Source: Amoebophrya sp. A120 (lineage: Eukaryota > Protista > Dinoflagellata). From it: a stretch of DNA of 64,000 bases. The position numbers were made by a program, and so were the translations under genes. The notes below the pieces were generated by a model, which did no database searches, was not told the DNA's origin, and was given only the letters and a program-made list of their open reading frames with translations. Below are positions 33,634 to 46,200 of this stretch, one piece after another. Numbering within the stretch: the stretch's first letter is position 1; every line of letters starts with the position of its first letter. Where the stretch lies: positions 4,195,556-4,259,555 of the forward strand of contig CAJINV010000005.1 of NCBI GenBank assembly GCA_905178155.1, read 5' to 3'.

Positions 33634-36600
33634 CAAACAAAGGTCCGGGCCAGAGGGACTTGACAACATAAAAACGGCGAAAAATATCAACAGCACGCAA
33701 CGAGCGCGCGGGGGCGGGCCGGGCGGGCCGCTGCACTTTCCTCGGCGCACGGAGTCGCGGGCGGGCTGCGTGCGAGTTCTCATGTGGTCGTCCTTCGAGT
33801 TTTACTTTTTTTCGGCTCTCTCACTTGCAGGATTCGCACGGCCCCTCTTCGCACTCCTATGTAGCGAATACTAGATGAACAAGCTTGACCTGTACATGAG
33901 GAGCTTCGGAAGGCTAGTATAGAGATTGTTCGAATAGTGTTATCTAGCACGGGCGGTCGCTCCGCGACCGCCGGAGAGGTATGGAGTAGACAAGAAAACG
34001 ATGGGCCCGATTTCCTACTAGGAAGGTTGCAGTCCTCGCGGGGAAAGGGAGGGGATTCTCCTGGGGGCGAAAACTCTACAGGCGCAGGGCTTTTAAGTGC
34101 GCCTGAGCCCCCTGGAGAAAGACAAAGGCGTGACAGCGGCCCGCCCCAGGCCCCAGGAGCAGGAGAAGCTCCGGGAAACAGAAACAACACCCGGGGCGAG
34201 CCCAACCTGGGAGGGGAAGAGCCTTCAGGGATGTTCCCAATTTGCGAGCACCCCCCCAAGTTGCGAGCCTTACGGGCGGCTGCTCGTCATTCTAGTTACC
34301 ACGCCCCAAAGGCAGTCGGGCTGCTTTTGACGGGGCCCACAGGGCCGCAGCTGCGGAAACTGCGCGACAAAGAACCGGGCCGGCCAGGCAGGTGCAGCCA
34401 ACACAGTGGGACTGGGCGCGCTTTGTGTGATAACCATTTAGGGCACCGAGAAAAGGCGCTTTTTTCTTTGTGCACGGCGGCGGGAGCATCCACACCAAGA
34501 GGAGGCCGCCCCCGCGCGGCAAAACGTGCCGACCCAAACAAAGCGCAAACCCCCTACCGGCACCGTGGCGGGGCCGGAGCTAGTTCGCCCGCATCTGCGG
34601 GCGCAGCAGCGCGTGCCGTGCCGCCCTCGGTCAGATAAATAAGCACTCGCCCTCCTACGGCTGCGCCTCCTTTTCCCGGGAACGAGCGCCACGCCCCGAG
34701 CTACCACAGAGGCGCGGGTTGCTCGGCGCTAGGTCCTCCACAGGGGGCAAGGGAAGCCAGCAGCGCGGGCGACCTCTGTAGCGGAAGCTCGGGGCGAACC
34801 GGCCCTCGAGGCAGTTTTCTACTAGTAAGCTTTCTCCTAGTAAGCCTCTACTAGTACGCTTACTAGTAGTTTTTTTGCTTGCTTGTTGTCCCGATAAGAT
34901 TACTAGCAGCGCAGCTTACTAGTAAAATTTCCGAGTTTTCCTTACTAGTAAGATTTTACTAGTAGAAGTCGGGCCATGCGTCAATCGATTTTCTTGCCGT
35001 ATAGTATATAGGAGATTGTTCGAATAAGTAATGTTAGTGGGTATGACAGTGCATGACCGTTGTCCGGAGGCCCAGGATTTTCCGCTCCTGCAGGATAAGT
35101 GCGCCACCTTTGCCAAAGTTTTCTGTTCCTTCATCCTGAGGCCAAAAGCGCAGGACATCGTCAACCAAAGGAAAAAGCAAAGCCCGAATTTGCGCTATCA
35201 AATTGGCGTAAGTGTTGTCGGGACACAGGAGACACGCGGGGGCGCCGCGCGCTTCCTTACTTTGTTCGAGTGGAGGCCGGGCCCCTGCTTCCGCGGAAGC
35301 CTCAGATGCGCGCTTCTGCACATCACCCCGCGTACTGCTGCGGAGTGCGGTTCCTGCCCGCGTGGTCTATGTGTGGGCCCGCGAAGCGGCCCCGACCCGG
35401 CTGACACAGCGCGCCCCTGCTCCACGGCCGCAAGGGCTGCCACGTGTTCGGCGTTTTGGCAGGCACTGCCCTACGGCGGGCGGACGTGGGCGAGCGCCAT
35501 GGCCGGTGGCGCTTGTGCGTGCCCCCGGAGGATTGCGGGCGCCCCCCCGGGGCCGCGGGGCGGAGTGCATACAGGAGGACTCCCCTCGGCCTTTCCGCGA
35601 TCCCCCTGCTAGGGGGCCGGCCAGGGTGTGGGAACGGCTAGCAAGTTCTGCGCGGCTGCGCTGGGTGCGCGCCAATCTCACTCGGCGCATGCGCGCCGCG
35701 GGGCCCTTTTCACTTAGCGAGAGGCCCGCAGCTTCGCTCGCAAGGAGTTAGCCGGCGCGGCCCGGCCAAGGTACGGCCGCGGGGTGCGTCGGTCTGCCGA
35801 CGGGCCTGGCCACTACTGCCCTGTGTTCGGTCCACCGATCTGGTCCGCGGCCCGCCCGGGCGTCGGCCTGGGGCGAACACTTGCAAGGCAGGCGCGGCCA
35901 GATGGGCAGCAACTGCGACGCTGGGCCCACAGGGCCCAGAAGGATCCCGCCGAACCGGGAGACCCACCGCTGCCGCGGGAAGGTGTCGCGGGCCATGATC
36001 GGACTCGGTGGGTCGCGCGGGCGGGCTGCTCGCACCGGCGAAGCCAACGGAGAGCCCGGTCAGATCACGAGCGGGCGCATCTCAGGCAATGGGGCGCGCC
36101 TAGCTTGGCGCAGACGGACTTGGGGCGGCTCTGTCGCTATCGAGGTAGGTGCGCGGCTTGCGCCCTCGGCGATTTTTCCCGCTGGGGCCTCGCCGACTCA
36201 CGTCAGGGCTTTGGCGGCGCTGTCGCCTTTGGGGCGCGTATCCACCGCTGGCGCGTGGTACATCTTCCGACTTTTTCACACCAAGGGAGACAGGCTGCGT
36301 CGTTTACTGCGTCCGTGTCTGTTTATGCCACCGGTTGATTATATTGATCTTTCCCCGCTGCGCTTCCGGTGACCAGCCGGAAATCAAATAAAAGCCTTTT
36401 ACTTCGATTCATGTTGCTACAATATCTGTAAAAATGACGCCCCAATTCGTATTCCGAAGTCCTACTCCTACTGTAACAGAATTATTATCCAGCCGACCCT
36501 ATATTTGGAACGCGTTAGAACAGGGCTCCCGCACTCTGGCTTTTTGCGTGTAAGTACTTTCACCTCTCGGTCGATTGGCGCTGGTGGAAAAGGAAAAATA

Positions 36601-36953
36601 GGCGCGCTATTGTGCGCCCGACAGGTTCTGCACAGGCTCCGACTTCTCTGAGTACGCGTGCAGCTGCGCCTTGTGAATTTCTTTGTGCGTTGTTTTTGTA
36701 CTTGATAGCATCGCGCTAGAATTGCAGCGGCTTCCAGTTTTCTTCTCGATGTAAATGAAATGAAACACTTTTCATACATCAGAAGAGAACAATCACAGTG
36801 TGAGAACGATTCCGCTCCTTTGGCCGGGCGAGAGCGACGCAGCTGTCGTATTCATCCATTTTCTTCCATGCGGTCTTCTACGAACAGGACTTTTCGAGTT
36901 ATGCCCGGAGCTGTCCGCCCTTGCGACGTGCGAGGTGATGAGTTTTCGAATTA

Positions 36954-39900
36954 TTATCCCCGGAGCTGTCCGCCCTTGCGACGTGCGAGGTGATCCAGGC
37001 GCTTGGTGAGAAGAGCGATAAAGGTCGAAGTGACGCCGAGGCCGCAAAGGATGAAAACAACCGTAAAGCACTTACTGGCAACTGTGGTCGGCTATCAAAT
37101 GTAAAAATGTCTGGGTCTGGAGAATACAAACTTGTGATGCGCATTTCAGAGCACAGAAAAATCTCTCATGCATAGGCAGCAAAAGTGCCCACTTTGTGTC
37201 ACCAAAATGGGGGATTTGTCATGCGGATTCGGCATTGCAAACGCTTCTCGAAACCTGTGATGCTAGAGCTTCCATGCCAGACCTTCTGCGTCATGCAAAA
37301 ACAGCATGACTCTTCCAGGCCCAGACATTTTTACATTTGATATCGGCGCAAAGTCACCGAAACCGACTGTCAGCAGCGTACAGGCGGCGAAGTAGAGCCC
37401 CTCAATCCAAGTCCAATTCTTCTGGAAGTGGAAACTGTAGGCGGAAGCCGCCATCACTGCACGCAAAATCATGCAGAAAAGTCCCGATAAATATGCCACT
37501 TCAGCATCACGACCATGAGAGAGGACATAGAAGAAGTTGCGCCTTGCGAACATTGCAGACCGAGTGTTGCGTGCAGAGGACCTCGGTCCGGACACTAGAT
37601 TAAGTAAAAGTATACTTGGGCTTGGCGTCGCGTGAGGGCGAGCGCGAACTAATAAACCGGGCGGCAAATTATAACACTCGATATCGGTTCTCGTGGAGCA
37701 CGAGCATTTTCTTTACCCGGTGTTCTCGACAAATGTGCAATCATTATCATGCCAGACGAGATTTTGTGCATGATACAGAGCACGAACAGGAAGCACGAAA
37801 ACGCGAGCCTCTGCGCCTCTCGAGTGTCCTGTGGCATCGGAGCAAGAGCACTGGGATGTTGGAGCGTAGAAGCGCCATCGTAAGTCATCGACTGCCCTTC
37901 CGAGGAGTAAAACTCAAAAAACCGAAAAAACCGATCGCGGTCACTCCTTGATGCGAGCGCGGGTGCCGCAGAGAGTCCCCGCTGCTCCTGCCCGGGTAAC
38001 CCCGGCGGTGCACCGGCAGGACTGTGGGCCCCGCTACGAGAACTCTGCTCGTGTGATCCCGCTTCTTGTTTCGCGAAAAATAGCATCAGCGACCAACGAC
38101 TCAATAAGATGAGCAGGTACCCCATCAGCGGGATGGACACGACGCCAAAAAGCATGGTAAAAACTTTTCCCGCGTCAGTCACGGGGTGCACATTCCCGTA
38201 GCCCACACTGGTGGCGAAGGTAATCACGAAGAACAGACTCCCAAACCACGTCCACTTCCGCTGGTCTTCCAATTCGTTTCCATTCTGCTGGAAGAAAGCC
38301 TGCAGTATATCGAAAGGAAAAATCCCCCCTCCCCATATCAAAACGGAAATCTGCATGCAGATTTGTTGTCACAAATCAGCTTTGTCATGCAGCTACACGG
38401 GAAAAGATGCGGACTGTAGTGCTCGGTGGCGTGGGGAAGCCTTGCATCTTCAGCATGATAGGAGGCAGCTGAGAGTGGGAAACAGCATGACAAATTTTTT
38501 TTTTTTATACTAGAACGACTATAAACCGTAATAAAAGAGTAGTAGATCAGCTCCTGTTTATTGGAATTTGAGAAAGTCAAGACGCTGTTCCGCTTCTCCT
38601 CCACTGCAGTTTAACGATTCCAGCATGCGCTTCCAGACTTGCACCACAGCACCGGGAGCCCTATCCAGTGTAGTTTTAGCAAGCCGAGGCTCCTCTTCCT
38701 CGTAGTCCGCTTTCACGTCCTCCTTCCACGCTCGGGACGACATAGCCAGAGTGCCCCCCTTCCTGCTGCGCAAGGAAAGCGAACACTCAAGAGGCGAATG
38801 AAGTACCTTGGTGGAATCCCCACTGCCTCTGCATGTCGTTGCGGCTATGCCTCTGTACCTTTTTCTCTCCTGTGCTCTGAGGTCCAAGCTGACTAGCCGA
38901 AAAGGGAAAGACAAGGCAGGCATCATCATCAGCGAGGAGCAACAGTAGCTGAAAAACGAAGTGAGAGCTGTCATGACAAGTAAAGAGCACTCGTCGTCGC
39001 AGTCTGTCATCTGAAAGCTTTCCATAGATCCAAAATCTTGATAGAGGAGACGGATATTAGACCCAGAAAATGCATGCAAACAGATAAACATATGACAGCT
39101 CTCACTTGTTTTTCGTCCGTGTAGCCATTTTTCGTTGGGGAAAAAGATAAATTTTGGCGCTTTACTCTTATATAATTGCGCAATCTAATCTTACCCTTAC
39201 TTCACTTTACTTTCCTTACTTTTGCATGCAAACTTCTCTTTCTATTTTTTGTTTTTTGGAAAGGATTGAGGTCATCAGGGGCATCCGGGGTGGTGTGTCA
39301 TCAATGCGCCAAGAAGCAGCAACACCACTTCCCTTCATTTGCCCCCGTTGTTGACGTATCTGCTTCAGATAGTTTTTGTTTTTAGTCAATCGAACCAGAG
39401 GCGCTAACGCAGGTAACCACGATACGCAAACAGGTGTCCATTCAAATTCTTCATCCTCTTTCACTATCTCATACGATCTCGAATACATGCATGACAAATT
39501 GCCTGCAAACGAGGCCACGAGTGCGGCTCTTCCTCTTGACCTTCTAGCATGACAAGTCGACTTGCGACCTCAAATACAGCATCACAAATTTCGTTTTCGA
39601 TATGGGGAGGGGGGATTTTTCCTTTCGATACAGTACCAAATCAAACTTGCGCTGATTTTTGCACAGGTCCATCTCCTTGAAAAAAGGCTCCTTGTCGCAC
39701 CTATATCCAAGAAGAAATCTTCTTACTCACAGAGAAAACGAACCGACGCACAACTTTCCATTTGTTGGTAGTGAATTCGCAAGTGCTTACGCAAGTGGTT
39801 TAATATGAGCCGTGGCAGGGCTTGCTACTCCCTTCGTAATCCCATTTTACAAAGTTGAAAGGCCTCTCTATCATGCACAAGCCGAGGACATGGTGAAAAA

Positions 39901-41126
39901 AAAAAAGTTTCTTGAAGAAAAGTTTTTGCGTCCGCCATAGGTATCACAGAGAAAACGAACAGACGGACAACTTTCCATTTGAACTTTTGCATGTTGCATA
40001 GAGAAAACCAGTAACACTCAGACTGTTGTAGGTGGTGCACCGCCACAATTAATACAGTTGCGTCGTGCCTGTCTAGCATGGCACCGGAATCCGCGTACTT
40101 GCAGTCCATTTTACGTTCCGAAGAGTTGCGCAACTGACGCAGTTTTCTTCTTGGATAACCCATCGAAGCCGTACATGGTCTCCATTTGCTTAAACAAAAA
40201 TCGGCTCTTATCCCGTGCAAAGACGTTGCCACCCCAGAGTTGTCATGCTAAAAGCTGCGCAGCAAAACTTTGCCTCTCCCTTTGCTCTATGCCGCAGATG
40301 GCTCAAACAATACGCAGGGGAGATGGATCAGGCGGACACAGAAGTGCCACCACCATCATCTCCCGGCACCTTTAGCTCAGGGTTCTTGTCATGCGGAACG
40401 GCACGCCTAAACGACTTCTCAGTCATGCGCAACCTCATGAGAGGCATTTTCTAATGCTCTCTGACGGGTCTTTGTCCTGCTCTAATGAGGATCAAGTGAT
40501 GAACTTGCGACGTGGCTGCACTAGCGAAAGAAACACGATGGTTACACTGGGAACCCAGAGTTGTCACGCGCAACAGCCGAACCTTGTTACTTTATGTGGC
40601 AAAGTAGGTAGAAGTCGCTATCTACTTGACTCTGGGTTGGGGACCTTTATTCCAGAGGGTAGTTCTTTTGATACTGATATTGTGAGAAAAAGTCTTCCCT
40701 CCCAGCCTCACTGAATAAAAGGCATGCCCCTAAAAATTTGCGCTGCTGATTTGTGCCCACAAATCCTGTCACTCTTGCAAGAGGGCAAATCCAAAGAATC
40801 CGCCGACTTATGCAGGCGATTCGCAATGCTCTTGCGGCTACATGGCAGGATTCTGCTATGCTGAGCACCTACACCAAAACACCCCTAGACAGGCTTAGGC
40901 TTTGCCTGCAATGCCTGACTGCAAGACATTTGTGTACACAAATCCAGCGACAGAAGTTTCCGTTTCAATATGTTGGGGAGGGGGAATTTTTGCACTTTGA
41001 TAACTGGTCCAATTCTGCCGGTCGCTCGAGGTGCGCAAAGACAGCTGCACCCGCCAGGAACCACACCCCCGCAAAGCCACAGGTGCCCAGCACGTGCCGG
41101 CTCGTCGAACATGGTGCTCCGGGCAT
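36954..41126 (-). CDS. Two-pore-domain potassium channel (K2P/KCNK-like), 7 exons separated by 6 introners
   Basis: TM1 (VWFLAGAAVFAHLERPAE), cap (LDQ|YQKN|RFLFKQMETMYGFDG|CDKE...FDLVL|QAFF), P1 WTWFGSLFFVITFATSVGYGNVHP, TM3 (FSCFLFVLC|AVMAASAY), P2 WTWIEGLYFAACTLLTVGFGDFAP|TTVASKCFTVVFILCGL. The start ATG at 41126 is a best guess. Confidence 0.9.
37093..37342. mobile_element. Introner family A
   Basis: Perfect TSD tcggc; K2P DFAP|TTV restored. Confidence 0.95.
37467..37775. mobile_element. Introner (TIR atcatgca.aaaa)
   Basis: Degenerate TSD cgcaa/cagag; removing element+5 nt restores K2P TM3. Confidence 0.7.
38308..39630. mobile_element. Long (1323-bp) introner family C with internal coding-like cargo
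   Basis: Near-perfect TIR tatcgaaaggaaaatcccccctccccatatc; perfect TSD cagta; FDLVL|QAFF restored. Confidence 0.9.
39704..40157. mobile_element. Introner family E
   Basis: TIR tatccaagaagaaa; TSD accta/accca; frame restored. Confidence 0.9.
40209..40661. mobile_element. Introner family B
   Basis: TSD gctct/gttct; frame restored. Confidence 0.85.
40678..41002. mobile_element. Introner family C
   Basis: TSD actga/actgg; frame restored. Confidence 0.85.
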
Positions 41127-41245
41127 CTTCAGTTGATCAGCGCCCCACAAGGAGAGGAAAGGATGGTAAGTACAGCTCCTCTCGCTGGTGATTCATTTAT
41201 TTAAGTTCAACTTGAAACGGCGATGACTACCCCCGGGCCAACCCC

Positions 41246-41508
41246 TATCAAATGCAAAAATGTCTGGGTCTGGGAGATTCCGAGATTTGTCATGCAGTTT
41301 TTCCAAGCTCCCCCACGTCTGGAATGCAGGGCCTAGCATCACAGCTTCTGCAGCTCCTTGGTGATGCGTATTCTGCATGAGAAATGCCCTCTCAGCATGG
41401 CCAGAAGTGGGCACCTCTTGCGCGTTGTGCATCACAGATCTTTGTGGGATCCGAAACACGCATCACAAGTTCGGATCCTTCCAGACCCAGACATATTTGC
41501 ATTTCATA
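41246..41508. mobile_element. Introner family A, probably in the 5' UTR or upstream of the K2P gene
   Basis: Family A TIRs; perfect TSD acccc. Confidence 0.9.
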
Positions 41509-43220
41509 ACCCCGTCGCTCGAACGAAGACAAAAAGAGCCAACTCCTGTCCTCTCGCTCCTGTTTGGACTGGGGCGGCAAGGTTTTTCTCCACCTCGCAA
41601 AGATCGGAATCGCAACCGCCTCCCGCCGATCACCTTCGCTACCGCCTCGCTCTTGCCGTGTCGCTTTCGCGGGCCCACACGTGGCCCATATCGCCGCGAA
41701 AGCTGCAAAAGCGTCGCGCACAAACCTCTCTGTCGTCGCGCACAAACCTCTCTGTGGTCAGTCTTGTCTTCACTTGCTTAATCTTCTGATCGGAAACGCG
41801 ATCGGGGAAGCAAGTAATATAGAGGTGGATTTAATATTTGAGTCCTTATTGGAATTTTCTCGAAAGACGTAGAGGGAATAAACCATCCGACTAAGCTGTA
41901 TGATACAAATCGTTACTAGGCGTTGTTCAGCCCGCCCACACAGATATTTGTGATTCTCGGGCCCTCCGCCTTCATATTCTCGCTCCTGTTCAGCCTTTGC
42001 AATTACCTCAACCTCCGTGTCTTAATATTTATATTGCTCGTTCTAATTATATAGATCACTCTCGTTGCCCGTCCTCTTCCGCGGGTGCAGAGCACCAACA
42101 GCTACAACCTCCATGCGGCTCTGTCATGGAGTACTACAACTAAGTGCTTCGGTCTGGAAAAACGGAAAACGTCCTCCAGGTTGAAAGCCAGACAGCGAAC
42201 TTCATGGTCGTTTGGTATCTATTGGTCCTCGGCCACCTTCCGCTAAAAAAACAATGTGGAGCAAGCTTCTTCGGCACTACATAAGGTGCGAAAAAGACAA
42301 ACGAAGCGCTGCTTCTGTGCGCAAACACAAGAGCGCCGCCGTCGCTTCGGGCTGCTCTAGTACTGTGCACAGGCCTAGTCCAGAAACTTCAGTCATCGTC
42401 TGCAAGATTAAACTCATCTGCCTCTTAGGAGTAGAGTCAGTTCAGGTTTCGCAGTCGTATCTACTATACACTCAAAGACATATTTGCACTAAGCAGAACA
42501 ATGCCCATGTGAGGACGACCAGGCATGCTTTTCTTTGGTAGCTTTTCCGTACATGATGTCTATCGCAGCGGATGAGGGTTTTTATGGGACTTGGAAGGCT
42601 CTTTTTGGGATTTGCTCGACGGGCCGTCCCTTTTTGGGAACAAATCATTAAATATTTCATTTGAACAATGGAAACAGCGACCAATCATGGCCGAAGTGTA
42701 TTGCTACTGTTTCCCCGGACTTTCCCGACCGCAAAATCAATATACTTATCACAGAAATATCCAAGAACCGTTTACAAACATTGGCAATTTCCGTCGTGGT
42801 AGGCCAAGAATATCAATTTTTCATCCCAAGCGAGAGCATGACCTGGCGAGCGATGAAAGGAGTAGCTTCTACTAGGTAGGCCGCTCGACGTATGTTGCTG
42901 GCCAGGGCGTCGGCTTCTCTCCGCGCAAAATGCTTACTTTTAGGATTTTGATTTTCATACAGCTCATAATAAATTCATTACGTCTACGTGGAGTTTCTTC
43001 TATATGTAATACATCACGACGATGCCGAACAGGAGGAACAAAAGTTCCCCGCCTGAAGAAGTTTTTTTATTGCAAAATGCTATATGAAGCAAAAACGCGT
43101 GGTCCTCTTTCTGAAGGGCGGATGCTTTTCACCCTGATGCGAAGACAAGAGAGCGATATCCGCCGTGCCGGCGCCCGCATCTACTTGTAAAAATTCGCTG
43201 TCCACCTCCTTCTCATCTCA

Positions 43221-46200
43221 TTACAGCTCTACATCGGTCTCCGCGTCGCTCGGAACGTCCTCGCTGCTGGTACTGCTCTGCTCCTGTTTTTGCTTGCGCC
43301 GCACAGTCTGCTTCGCTTTCCGCATTGGTTTTTTTTTGTCGACGGGCCGAATCTCGGTGTTGTAATACTCGAGATCGTCCGTGGATACGCCCTTGAAATA
43401 GTTGAACAGTGGCAGCTGTCCCGTGGTTGGTGCAACGCCGCCTTCCTCCTGCCTTTGTCCCTGCTGCAGGTTGTCGAAATAGAGCCGCAGATATTGCTCC
43501 ATCCGCTCGTGTTCTTTCGGCGACCGAACGTAGTAGGTTTCGTGTATCGAATGTAAAAATGTCTGGGTCTGCAAGGTTGGAATTTGTGATGCTAACTTTG
43601 AATTGAAGTAGCGACGCCACCCTGACGTGCCTCGGTAGCCGATCGCTCTACCAACCGGAGGTGCTAATTACATGCTTACTTCTTCCTTCGTCGAGCACCT
43701 TCTTCGTCATACAAACCGGCTGGTGAGCAATTACCCGGACTGCCGGCCCAATTTGTGCCGGTTTTGGTGTTTTAGGGAAATACCCGCAACGCCCCCGCGG
43801 AGTTGGCGAAACCCTGATAGCGAGACGCAACCCTTGGCGGACCTGAACGACCTGAGACCATCCCCACCTTTGGATGTGTTGTCTCCCGCTTGTGCTGCAC
43901 GTTCTGCTTCGAGCCGCCCAGACCCTGTGCCCCGCGGGATCTCGGTTCGCACAATGTTGGTTAGTACGCATGGGATCCTGATCGCGGACGGCGAGTTTGT
44001 AGTTGGGGGGGCTACTTCTTTTCTTGAGGGGTCGAGGTAGTGGCATACTCGGCGCACTGCGTATGTCTAAGATAAAACAGGGGTGAGCTGTTGCAGTCCC
44101 GGGGTCCTGCTGCGCTCTGCTGCTCCCAATGATCATTGCCATTTGGGGTCAAGCTACCTGTTTTGTAACCATCCACGCAGGTCGGCTCCTATTGGGTTCG
44201 TTTTCAAAAAAAAATTAGTTTTGCTCCAACTTTCCGCTACAGTGCCTACCTCTGGGGTCCTCTGTCCTACTCGTTCTGGTCCAGGGTTGAGCAAGGCCCT
44301 GGTGAAGGAAGTGATTCGTCGGAAAAAACGAATGGGATGAGCATCGCGCGCGGCCCGAGCTTGATCATTTTCTCTGTTGTAGTTTGTATCGCACCACCGC
44401 ATTACACACAGCCCGCACAAATTAGAACTACCCTGCGATCGCCCCTAGCAGGGGGAACTGGCGTCGTACTAATGCCACGCCTTTCCATGGCATCACAGTC
44501 AAATAGTTTACTTATCTTGATCAGCTCGCTAGCAGGCGTCTTTCGTGCCATTTGTTTTCTGACTTCCCGCACCCCCCCCCACAGGAAATCCCCTTTCGGG
44601 AAGCAAGGACAAAAATGCAGAAGGGAACGAACAAAAGGCCATGTATTTCTGAAATGTCGCTCTTTTTCTCTGCAGCCCTCCGCGTCCTTGCTCTCGTGCT
44701 ACCTCTTCGTCGCCGCGCTCGAACAGGAACATGGACGCGCTAAACTTTGGACTCTAAAAATCTGTATTGCATGATCAACAAAAGGAGTCTAGTTTGTGCG
44801 ACGCGGGGAGGGCATTTGTCATGCGGAATAGGCATCAGGAGGGCCTCTACAATTCTGTTATGCTAGGTCATGCATTACAGACATCCTGGGTCATGCAAAA
44901 TGTGCATGGCAAACCCGGTAGCATTCCAGACCCAGACATTTTTGCATTTGATATCGTGACCTTTATTGCAATCTAATCCGTCGTCGATGTCCACCGCATA
45001 CCGGAGCCACAGATTCAGGGGCGCCCTGCGCCAATCCAGGTCTAACTCCGATATGCTGTGCAAAAACGTCGACGTCCCCACCCCAGAATTGTCTTGGTGT
45101 GAAAAAAAACGCAGCTGCACGCTTTGCCCCCCCATTGCACCGTGCCCACAGATGGCTTGACGCGCCGGGCGGGTGGGTCAGGCGGACACCGAAGTGGTCA
45201 CCCGAGAGTTGTCATGCAAAGCTGCATGCTTATTTCGTTTCGCATGAGAAGCGTTTTGGTTTTGTTCTAGTGGTGGTTTAGAACGTATTGCAATGCTCGC
45301 TCCGCGCTAGATTCTAGAGCTGTGACGCTGATGAACTAGCCAAGCTACAGGGTGACGCTCCGAGGTCAAACTTTTCATGCGTACTAGCAGCCAGATGCGG
45401 TAGTTGATTTGTCTAGCAGATTTCCCATCTTGACTCTGGGGTGGGGAGTGCTTGACTTAGAATACTCAACAGCGGGACTTCAGGCTTCTTGCCTTTTCTT
45501 TTCTTTTTCGCTTTCTTGGCCTCCGGGCGATCTTGTCCCTCCGGTACTTGCGTTACGGTGATGTACGGGGCAAATTCTTTGCTGTACAGCTTCAGGAGGC
45601 GGCCGTCGTCCCGGCGGAAGGCGCGCGCTCCCTGCCTCTGCGCGTGGTGTCGCACAATCTCGAACGCCGCGATCTCGGCCAACTCTAGCGGTTCCACGCG
45701 TTGGCTCGAACTTCGATGGCGTTGTTTCAGTCGGTTCCGTTCTCGACCTGAGTCAAAACGTCCCCACCTCCCCACACTTGCCACGCCAAAGAAATTGCAT
45801 ACCAACGCACTTCTTTGCCTGTGCACCATGGCCGCACGCAGTAGTAGAAGATGGCTTGACGCTATTAACATGTCATTGTCAAGAACAACATGCAAATTTG
45901 CATAGTGAGGAGCAAGCTGCTTCTCATAGTGCAGCCCTCCATTTGTAGGGGCATTTTCTAAAGCGATTGAGAACCTATCATGCCCATGCGCTATCAAAAA
46001 TCCGACACATAGCAAGTATAGTGGATTTGATTGTGACGCATCTGGACCAGTTACGCAGGGCTTTCAGGGCTTCACTTAAAACCCAAACGTGCCATGCGTG
46101 AAGCCCAATGAAAAGTTCTGGACTTGTCTCGCAAATATGAAATTCCTATCTTGATTGTGGGGCGGGAGCGTTTCTTTTTACCCCGGATATGCGAATTTTG

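Noticed and set aside
19558-34965. A single giant TIR element bounded by TACTAGTA-containing ends
   Set aside because: Only 16 of 20 inverted matches, much of it the palindrome itself, and no TSD found.
36904-36994. Duplicated K2P C-terminal sequence as an alternative exon
   Set aside because: Simple ~55-bp tandem duplication; the second copy in transcript order lies after the stop codon.
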